From the NCBI RefSeq assembly GCF_006345805.1, contig NC_042997.1, forward strand, positions 138,570,001-138,634,000: a stretch of DNA of 64,000 nucleotides, read 5' to 3'. Below the pieces are notes generated by a model, which made no database searches, was not told the origin of the DNA, and was given only the letters and a program-made list of their open reading frames with translations. Positions 54,485 through 64,000 of the stretch are shown in pieces. The DNA is from Octopus sinensis. Taxonomy: Eukaryota. Position 1 is the first letter of the stretch, and each line of letters starts with the position of its first letter. A program made the position numbers and the translations under genes.

Positions 54485-55287
54485 GTAGATAGATAGATAG
54501 ATAGATAAATACATACATACATACATTCATACATACATACATACATACATACATACATACATACATACATGCATGCATGCATGCATGCATACATACATAC
54601 ATACATACATACATACATACATACATACATACATACATGCGTACATACGTGCGTACGTGTGTGTGTGGTGTGTGTTTTCGTGTGGGTGAGTGCATTCACA
54701 ATTATGTTTCTGTGTTGCATACTGGTGTAAATCGATACGTTGAGTTACGACTCTTCAAGCCGAAAACGAAGTTTAGCCGCCATTTGCAAAAAAGAAAAAA
54801 AATGCAGCAACTGCAGAAAAATGTAAAATATCTACTAGGCTGAAATATTTTCAGTTGTTGGATATGATCGACCAAAAACCCTCGAAGGTTGTACATTAGC
54901 ACTTTAGCATGGTTGCAGTCCAATGATAGAAAACCAGTAAAGAATAAAAGACTATTTTATTAGCCAGTATGTATTTGCTTCATAATACACTTTTATGAGT
55001 GGTTTGTTTACTTTTAATGGGTTTAGTGTCTGGCGTTATTCACTACGTTGAATTTGTTTCTCTTTTGTTATATGGTTTGGTCTACTAGCTTCTTTGTATA
55101 TCTGTTGTTGATCAGTGTTTGTTTTATTCTGTTAGATTCCTTTTGTGCAAGTACTTCATTTGTGTAGGAGAGAATTCTGAATGCTCTTCTAAGTAGAGAC
55201 TTAACCACTGACATTTTATGTCTGTGTGGACGGACATTCACTATCTCTATGCAAGCATAGGCATTTATTAATCTTTAGTGTAAACGG

Positions 55288-55328
<41 letters not shown>

Positions 55329-55744
55329 GCGCGCGAGCACGTTATTTACCTCAATGAATTTGTCTAGAAATAGCATTGTTGTATCATTTGGACTTTTATT
55401 TATACTGTTCTAGATACATAATTTTAGGACAGAATTGTTTTCAGTTTCTTTTCTTTTAATTTCTAAATTTATTTCAGTGTGTCCAATGGAACAAGTGTCC
55501 CCGTAACTTAACGGTTCAGTAAAAGATTCCGATAGAATAAGTAGCAGGCTTAAAAGGAAAAAAAATGTAGTAGGATCAATTCGTTCGACTAAAATTTCTT
55601 CAAGGTGGTGACCCGACGCCAGTCTACTGACAGAAACAAGTAGAAGATGAAGATACCTAGTCTGATGTATATCGCATATGTATGCCTCAGTACCACACTT
55701 CTTGTTTTCTACTGTGCATACAAAATGCTGCAAATTTGGGTCTT

Positions 55745-55870
55745 GTGACTGCGTGATAAGATGCATGCTTACCAACCACATGGTTCCGGGTTCAGTCCCA
55801 CTGCGTGGCACCTTGGGCAAGCCTTGTGAGTGGATTTGATAGACAGAAACTGAAAGAAGCCCGTCGTATA
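55745..55870 (+). mobile_element. SINE family A 5' part with internal deletion
   Basis: ACCAACCACATGGTTCCGGGTTCAGTCCCACTGCGTGGCACCTTGGGCAAG. Confidence 0.85.
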
Positions 55871-56115
55871 CACACACACACACACACACACACAAGAGTT
55901 ACGGAATGGAGTAGATAAGATCCGTGAAATATAAAAAGAACTTTTTTTCAGTTTATCGTACTTTGATGCGAAAAAAATCCATCCACGACCTTTCGTTTCA
56001 ATAAACCACTATTCTCTCTGAATGTTGTTTTTTTCATATTTACTATGGATTTCTTGAAGCTAACTTTCTTCCTACACCTCGATCCCTGGATCTTATATAT
56101 ATCTGTGTGTGTGTG

Positions 56116-56217
<102 letters not shown>

Positions 56218-56284
56218 TATATATTATATATATATATATGTATGTATATATATGTGTATATATATATGTATGTATATATATATG

Positions 56285-56321
<37 letters not shown>

Positions 56322-56454
56322 CATATATATATATATATATAATATATATATTATATATAATATATATATATATGTATGTATATATATATGTGTGTATATA
56401 TATATATGTGTGTTTATATGTATATATACATATATATATATGTATATTATTATG

Positions 56455-56640
56455 TGTGTCTGTGTCTGACAACCAATGCTGGTGTGTTTACGTCGCCGTA
56501 ACTCAGCTGTTCGACAAAAGAGACCGATAGAATAAGTGTTAGGCTTACAAAGAATAAGTCCTGGGGGTCAATTTCTTTGACTAAAGGTGGTGCTACAGCA
56601 TGGCCGCAGTCAAATGACTGAAACAAGTAAAAGAATAAAA
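56455..56640 (+). mobile_element. SINE family A 3' half
   Basis: Matches 6130-6314. Confidence 0.9.
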
Positions 56641-56654
56641 GAAAACTCTGGAGA

Positions 56655-56860
56655 AAGGCGGCGAGCTGGCAGAAGCGTTAGCACGCTGGGCAAAATGCCT
56701 AGTGGCATTTTGTCCCTTAGTCTCTGAGTTCCAATGCTACCGGAGTCAACTTTTCCTTTCGGGATCAATAAAAGAAGTACCAATTGAGCATTGGGGTCGA
56801 TATAATCAACTTAACCTCTTCCCCGAACTTGTTGTTCTTGTGCCTAAATTTGAAACCAAT
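56655..56860 (+). mobile_element. SINE family B
   Basis: AAGGCGGCGAGCTGGCAGAAGCGTTAGCACG head. Confidence 0.85.
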
Positions 56861-57289
56861 ATATAACTCTGGATTTACGACTTTCGTTGTGAAATAACTG
56901 AATGCTATTTGGGCTGTATAGTAGTAATTTTCTCAATGTATTTAGCTAGATTAGTAGGTGTCATTTTATGACTGGATGTTTATATACCTTGCTTAATGTA
57001 CATTGTTTTTATCATCGGGTCGTCAGTAGACAAATTTCCTTTGGGAATAAATAAATAGTATTTCCTAAGTGAAACTTTTGCCTGAAAAAAAATTAAAGTA
57101 AATTGTGATAGAAAACGGAAGGGAAAATCATTTCGCTCTGCGGGTAGTCTTTTAGCCGCATGTACATTAGTTAAATATATAAAGGCAAGTCAATGGCGAA
57201 CGACGAATTCAAACACGAAAACAGAAAAAAAGAAAAAGAAAAAAAAAACGTACGTTCACAATGAATATACTCGAAGAAAGTTATAAAGT

Positions 57290-57342
<53 letters not shown>

Positions 57343-57343
<1 letters not shown>

Positions 57344-57660
57344 TGAAGGCGCATGGCTCAGTGGTTAGAACGTCAGGCTCACAATCATGAGGCTGTAAGT
57401 TCGATTAACAGGCTCTGTGTTGTGTTCTTGAGCCGGATACTTTATTTCACGTGACTCCAGTTCACTCTGCTATATAAATGAGTTATAATGTCACTGGTGC
57501 CAAGCTGTATCAGCCTTTGCCTTTCCCTTGAATAACATTAGTGATGTGGAGAGCGGCGGCTGGTATGCATGCCCAACTACTGGTCTTCCATAAACAACCT
57601 TGCCCGGACTTGTGCCTCGGAGGGAAACTTTCTAGGTGCAATCTCATGGTCATTCATGAC
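57343..57660 (+). mobile_element. tRNA-derived SINE family D
   Basis: A box TGGCTCAGTGG, B box GTTCGATT, then a ~250-bp non-tRNA body. Confidence 0.75.
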
Positions 57661-57849
57661 CTTACCTTATCCGCGAGTCGTCTAAGAGATCTCTTAGATG
57701 ACTCACAAATCTCCTAGACGACTCACACACGCACACGCTGCCACTAGACGTAGAGTATATTGTGCCTCTGCGGCACGTGCCATATAGCTACGCTCACCAG
57801 CGTTGCGCTCTACATAGTCATCAAATATTATATTATACACCCTTTACAA

Positions 57850-58435
57850 ATGGATTTGAAATATTACGACTTGGGATATTCAACAAAGAATATCCCAACA
57901 CCCCCGAACTCTATACAAGGCTGCTGCTGCTGGAGAAAATAATTGAATTGATCAGGCGCCTGAGATGGAAGGCTTCTTCCTTTAATCAATCCAAATTACC
58001 TGCGGAAACCGAACATTTTGAGCTTAAATCCAGGAAGTTTCCACCTAAGATCAAGGAAATGGAGGCCTTCGAAGTTGATCTGTTGAACATATTACACCGC
58101 CTGAAATTCTATATGTCCGCAAACCCTTTCCAACGTAAACTTAGAAAAGACACCCGCAGCTTAAATCTTCTGATAGGACCATTCCCTTCTCTGATAAAAC
58201 AAAAAAAAAAAAAATGATATAGAGTAAGTAGTAACACATACGCACAGCTTCTTAACAACATTACACAGCCGTACAGGAGGGCTACCCCCAGGCATACGAT
58301 AGTATTGACCAAAAGGCCAGAGATATAGCTTTTAAAATAGGCATAGGAGATAAAATATAGACCCTGGCGAAAAAGGAGGCCTTCATAACAATCGAGGATC
58401 ATAAACCTAACTTCGCCTCAAACCCTAACTACAAG
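57850..58435 (+). pseudogene. Penelope-like element ORF N-terminal half (pre-RT region)
   Basis: MDLKYYDLGYSTKNIPTP; LEKIIELIRRLRWKA; FELKSRKFPP..EMEAFEVDLLNIL..LKF..NPFQRKL; KEAFITIEDHKPNFASNP; frameshifts. Confidence 0.85.
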
Positions 58436-58493
58436 CACTACACATGTCACACACCACATCTCCACAAAAGCACCATACTTAATAATGCTTTAG

Positions 58494-58591
<98 letters not shown>

Positions 58592-58598
58592 AGGTCTT

Positions 58599-58767
58599 GA
58601 TCCCTATTGATCTTTTTTCTCTCTCTTTTTACGATCCCTTTTGATCGAAAACCTACTCCCCTTTTAATTTTTTCTTTTTCTTTTCTTTTTTTTCTCCCCC
58701 AAAAGAAAAGCTCTACTTTGTAATTTGTTCCCTCTATGTTCAGTTCTGTGGCTAATAAAGAAACACA
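58599..58767 (+). mobile_element. 5'-truncated retroposed 3' end with 12-bp target-site duplication
   Basis: TCTATAGGTCTT at 58587-58598 and 58768-58779; AATAAA near the 3' end. Confidence 0.7.
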
Positions 58768-59164
58768 TCTATAGGTCTTTAATTTGTTTTAGCCAAGGGG
58801 CATGTTGAAACACCCTGCAACTCAGTGATCGTTAATACTCTTTAATTTGAAGAGAGCTCGCAAAGAGGTAGCTTTGTTTCCTTGAATCAATGAGATGTAC
58901 ATAATCTGCTACATTCACAGCCAATGAGTTTTGAGTATTGCAGTACGTTATTACGATCTTGGGTTCTTGAAAGATGTGTACGACTGGCGAGAGTTCTTGA
59001 AGTCGTTGGTGTAAATATGGTTCGACATGTGCGTCAGTTAGTCAAAGCGAAGAGAAGGAAGAGTACAGGCTAACTGAATAATAAATATATAGACTTTTTC
59101 GATTCTGGAAAAAATTCATTCACACTCATGTCCACTCTGGAGTGATTGGGATAAATAGTAGTAA

Positions 59165-59600
59165 GGACCCGTCAAAGCTGGGACGCCGCTTTGACGGGTT
59201 CAGCCGAACAAATCAACCCTAGTACTTATTTTCTAAGTCTGGCACTTATTTCATCGGTCGCATTTGCCGAACCCTAAGTTACAGGGACGACGTAAAGAAA
59301 CCAAGCCCGGATGTCATGCGGTAGCGGGGGACAAATACAACGCACACACATATAGATACGCAACCGCATGCACACATACACACTCAGACACGCACATTCG
59401 TACACACACATGCACATACACACTACGCACACATCACACACGCACATACACTCACACGCATACACACCCACACACGACGGGATTATTTTTCTTTCGCCCA
59501 ACAAATCCACCCACACAAGACTTTTATCGATTCAGGGGTATAGTAGAAGACATTCGTCCAAGGTACCACACACGGAACTGAACCCAAAACTACATGGTCG
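59165..59600 (-). mobile_element. diverged SINE family A
   Basis: Inverted match to 5921-6314 with internal (CA)n. Confidence 0.7.
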
Positions 59601-59703
59601 GGGTCTCTGTGGAGGTGGTCGTGAAATACAAAATAACTCTTAGTACATAATAAGGTAGTTCCACCCCTTTCTGTTTTAACCATTCTCAATATTTCATATT
59701 AAT

Positions 59704-59900
59704 AAGGCGGCGAGTTGGCAGAATCGTTAGCAGCATTTCGTCCGTCTTTACTTTCTGAGTTCAAATTTCACTGGGGTCGACTTTGCCTTTCGTCCTTCCG
59801 AGGTCGATAAACTAAGTATCAGTTGAGTACTAGGGTCGTTGTAATCCATTTACCCTCTTCACCCAAATTACTGGCCTTGTGTCAGAATTTGAAATTAATA
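59704..59900 (+). mobile_element. SINE family B
   Basis: AAGGCGGCGAGTTGGCAGAATCGTTAG ... GAGTTCAAATT. Confidence 0.85.
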
Positions 59901-60396
59901 TCTCATATTAAGAACCAGTAGTTTGCAACCTGCTCAATCCAAAAAGGGATTCACTGTAGTTAAATGTAGGCGAGTAGGTAAAAGAATACATATTCTTGCT
60001 AGGAATTCAAAGATCAAATCTTTGGCAATGCTAAGTATATAATATATATATAAGATGAAGCTTCAAGAGAGAAGCTGCAAAATTCATCCTTATACAAAGA
60101 TGTTTTATTAGACGGAACAGAAAACAAAACAAAAAAACCCTGATTACTGTAGGGGATCGAAACTGAACCGTAGAACTGGTTAAAGAACTGACTACTGTGC
60201 CTACGACCGAGCTCTGGAAAGATTACAGTGTAATGGCGGAGAAGGGCAGGATGAGAAGTCATGATTTCTTTTTTATATCAACACTGTGGCAATACTAAAT
60301 GCTGGGTGATTGGAGTCGCCATGAGGATGGCTTAAAAGAAGGCACATCCATGATTTCTTCCAAACATAACTAGACCACGAAGTGTGCAAATGAGAA

Positions 60397-60397
<1 letters not shown>

Positions 60398-60427
<30 letters not shown>

Positions 60428-60570
60428 CTTCTTCTTCTTCTTCTTCTTCTTCTTCTTCTTCTTCTTCTTCTTCTTCTTCTTCTTCTTCTTCTTCTTCTTC
60501 TTCTTCTTCTTCTTCTTCTTCTTCTTCTTCTTCTTCTTCTTCTTCTTCTTCTTCTTCTTCTTCTTCTTCT
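60398..60570. repeat. pure (CTT)n tract, about 57 units
   Basis: Seen directly. Confidence 0.97.
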
Positions 60571-61153
60571 ATTTGTTCATGTCACAAATATGAAGATAAG
60601 GTAAAGTAAAAAGTAACAACCATTAAAGGCTAGCGTGTTTGAAATTTATTTCCGATCCTTCAATCCGGATTTGTCTTCTGTTTTTTTTTTTTACATATAC
60701 TTCCACACACATTGTGGCAGCAAATTTCAAAAGATTGTGTTAGATGATAAATAATGTAGAAGATTTCAAATAATAATGAACGTTGCATAATATAAAAGGT
60801 TGCTTAGTTGTTACCCGATAGCAAACATCCTTGTTAGTTATTTTATTGCACTTTCGTAGAAACAGTTAAAAAAAAACAAAACAACAAAATCCACTTTAGA
60901 AGAATTTTTGTTTAGAATAATGAAGAACAAACTTTTAATACATGAAAGCATCAAGTTAAACTTTTACCATCTGCCCCCCAACTTACTGCCCTGCTATTTA
61001 TGTTAATAATTATTTGAAGAAAATGATGTTAATTTTTTTTTCCCGCCTAGTAGTAAGACACAAATTTACGAGCCTTGAGCTAGGAACTCGAACATTTTAA
61101 GACATCGCTGACAAATTGTCTATATCATTATTATTATTATTATTATTATTATA

Positions 61154-61545
61154 AAGGCGGCGAGCTGGCAGGATCGTTAGTACGCCAGGCGAAATGCTTG
61201 GCGGTATTTTGTCTGCCGAGGTCGACTTTGCCTTTCATCCTTTCGGGGTCGATTAAATAAGTACCAGTTACGCACTAGGGTCGATATAATCGACTTAATC
61301 CGTTTGTCTGTCCTTGTTTGTTCTCTCTGTGTTTAGCCCCTTGTGGGTAGTAAAGAAATAGGTATTTCGTCTGCCACTACGTCCTGAGTTCAAATTCCGC
61401 GGAGGTCGATTTGCCTTTCATCCTTCCGGGGTCGATTAAAGAAGTACCAGTTATGCACTGGGTCGATGTAGTCGACTTAAACCCTTTGTTTGTCCATGTT
61501 TGCCCCCTTTATGTTTAGCCCCTTGTGGGTAATAAAGAAATAAAT
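61154..61545 (+). mobile_element. SINE family B with internal tandem duplication of its 3' half
   Basis: GAGGTCGA..TTGCCTTTCATCCTT..GTTTAGCCCCTTGTGGGTA occurs twice (~61218, ~61402). Confidence 0.85.
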
Positions 61546-61629
61546 TATTATTATTTTTTTTTCAGTTACCATGGGATCTATGATGACTTTTAAAGCCAGG
61601 AAGTGAATTGCATCATTTCTTTTTTGCAG

Positions 61630-61709
61630 ATGCGGGATTTATTTATTCATTTGTTGCAATTGGGTGCTCATTCTGTACAGCACCTAGATTGCATACTCTC
61701 GTGCGCCTC
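61630..61709 (+). other. possible 80-nt internal exon
   Basis: TTTCTTTTTTGCAG acceptor and GTGAGT donor; two frames open; no recognisable product. Confidence 0.2.
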
Positions 61710-61865
61710 GTGAGTCCACATCTGCCACACAGAGATTGCATATCAGATTAGCTGTTAGAAATGGGTTGGGTTCAACTCGAGGCTTTTCAATGTGTTTGCG
61801 TAGGTGACTTCTGAGGCCAGTTCTAGAGGGGCAAACTCGTCTTCATTCATCACACTCAAAACGTA

Positions 61866-61985
61866 CACTCACTCACTCACTCACTCACTCACTCACTCAC
61901 TCACTCACTCACTCACTCATTCACTCACTCACTCACTCATTCACTCACTCACTCACTCACTCACTCACTCACTCACTTACTCAAT
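61866..61985. repeat. (TCAC)n microsatellite followed by (CATA)-rich array
   Basis: Seen directly. Confidence 0.95.
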
Positions 61986-62317
61986 CACAAACACGTATAC
62001 TCATATGCATACACACATGCACACATATACATACATGCACACAAATACACACACACACACATACATACACACACACATACATACACATACATACATACGT
62101 ACAAGCATGCATGCATACATACATACATACACACATACACACATACATATACATAGACACATGCACACATATACATACATGCATACATATACATACATGC
62201 ATACATATACATACATGCATACATATACATACATGCACACAAATACACACACATTCATACATACATAAATACATACATACACACACATACATACATAATA
62301 CATACATACATACATAG

Positions 62318-63110
62318 ATGAGACATGACGTTGTAGCTAGGACACTATATAAAGAAATCCGTCGGAAGGATTACTCCGAGGACAAAGAAATAAGAATCCG
62401 CAGTATGGCAGAAGCCATAGTTACTCTTAATAAATAGGAATACTGGTAGAATGTCCCAGTGAAAACCTCAATAAAATGTAAACACAACAGACCCGATATA
62501 ATGATTTGGGTTAGAGAAGAGAAACAGCGTACAGTTGTGAAAATCAACCGCTCAGCGGATGTTAACAAAGCTGAAGATCAGTGAAAAAGAAAATACTTAT
62601 GCTGAATTATTGAAAAAATTTGCAGTTACTCTATCTAGATAGCAAGTTCAGGTTTATACCTGTAATTATTGGGGCACTGGGATATGTAACACACTGCCTA
62701 AATACCAATCTTGAGAAATTAGACTTCTCAAAACCAGAAAAGAGAAAGCTGATTCGAAGACTACAGATCCAAGCAATCACTGGAATTATAAAAATCTGTA
62801 AAACTTTCGAGAAGTTTATCATTTAAGTATATATGAGCATATCTAGATATGCCACTATATGAATGAGAATACATATATTAAACAAAACATACAAATCTGC
62901 ACGTATACATACATACATACATACATACATACATACATACATACATACATACATACATACATACATACATACATACATACATACATGCATACATATATAC
63001 AAAAATACACTGTTGATATTGAAATTCCAATGAAGGAGTCTTGGATCTAGGTTAGAAACCGGATCTTTCTCTATTGGCAAGAAATCTTTAAATAAAACTG
63101 AATAATGACA
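62318..63110 (+). mobile_element. R4/Dong-clade non-LTR retrotransposon 3' portion (restriction-like endonuclease plus 3' UTR)
   Basis: RHDVVA..; NVPVKTSIKCKHNRPDIMIW; FIPVIIGALGYV..LIRRLQIQAITG..KI..F; 3' UTR split by and ending in (CATA)n. Confidence 0.85.
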
Positions 63111-63332
63111 TACATACATGCATACATACATAGTACATACATACAAACATACATACATACATACATACATACATACATACATACAAGCATAATACATACA
63201 TACATACATACATACATACATACATACATACATACATACATACATACATACATACATACATACGTACATACGTACGTACATACAATCATACATACGTACA
63301 TACATACGTACGTACATACATACATACATACA

Positions 63333-63570
63333 TAGGGCACTGGGAAATGTAACACACTGCCTGAATACCAGTCTTGAGAAATTAGGCATCTCAAACCCAG
63401 AAAGGAGAAAACTGATTCGAAGATTGTAGATCTAAGCCATCACTGGAACTGCAAAACTCTGTAAAACTTTCCAGAAGTTTATAACTTAAATATATATGAA
63501 CATGTCTAGATATGCAAGTATATGCACGAGAAGATATACATGAAACAAAACATACAAATCTGAACGTATA
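63333..63570 (+). mobile_element. second, shorter R4/Dong 3' end
   Basis: Diverged copy of ~62672-62905, flanked by (CATA)n. Confidence 0.85.
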
Positions 63571-63699
63571 CATACATACATACATACATACATACATACA
63601 TACATACATACATACATAAGAAAACATCAACAACGTACACCGCCATACCGGATGGTTAATTATAACAATAAAATGTAAGGAGAAAAATTAGTTTACACC

Positions 63700-64000
63700 T
63701 CATTAACTCTACCTTAGGCAAAAATGAACGAAACTTTATTGTAACTCTTGACACCAAGCTCTTGAGGGAAGGTTAATCACTTTAAAACATGAACTCAGAA
63801 CGATATGTGAGAAACTTCGCTATCGCATGCGAATTTTTGCACGAGCCAGCATCAATCACAAGTTTGCTTTCGACTCACAAGCATTATACAAAGAGATGAG
63901 GAAGGAAAACATTTCCATTAAGAAAGCTCCCCCGCCCCAACACACAAGAAGGTCCTCAATCATTCTGGTCAAAATTTTGGAACGAAAAGAGGGATTTCAA
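63700..64000 (+). mobile_element. probable R4-clade ORF N-terminal fragment, runs off the window
   Basis: EKLRYR.RIFARASINHKFAFDSQALYKEMRKE..P..WSKFW resembles the pre-RT region; follows a (CATA)n array. Confidence 0.5.

Noticed and set aside
57343-57420. tRNA gene candidates (also 29336 and 5921)
   Set aside because: A and B boxes are present but there is no complete cloverleaf or Pol III terminator; each continues into a SINE body
58924-59073. 49-aa ORF MSFEYCSTLLRSWVLERCVR...KAKRRKSTG
   Set aside because: No homology recognised; length compatible with chance
60050-60090. GATGA-AGCTTC-loop-GAAGCT-GCAAA hammerhead-like hairpin
   Set aside because: Lacks CU of the core and an intact GAAA; no stems I or III

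Overview
Eukaryotic, extremely repeat-rich genomic DNA. The SINE families and dense (TA)n/(CA)n/(CATA)n/(TATC)n arrays look like a cephalopod, most likely Octopus; this is recognition, not a database result. There is a 100-N gap at 36661-36760. I find no intact host protein-coding gene. Almost all listed ORFs are translations of microsatellites or antisense frames of decayed transposons. Identifiable content: many tRNA-derived SINEs; LINE remnants (L1/Tx1, CR1-like, RTE, R4/Dong); four separate Penelope-like (PLE) fragments; a Helitron helicase remnant; three Tc1/mariner elements (DD34D mariner, DD37D maT-type, DD36E Incomer-type); and piggyBac, pogo and hAT MITEs. The most interesting object is at 29059-29582. 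Two copies of a tRNA-headed SINE, each with a minimal hammerhead-ribozyme motif in its body, sit head-to-head at one triplicated target site and form a ~500-bp palindrome. A strong CpG-poor to CpG-rich transition near the gap suggests a methylated domain on the left and an unmethylated domain on the right. Coordinates of degenerate elements are approximate.
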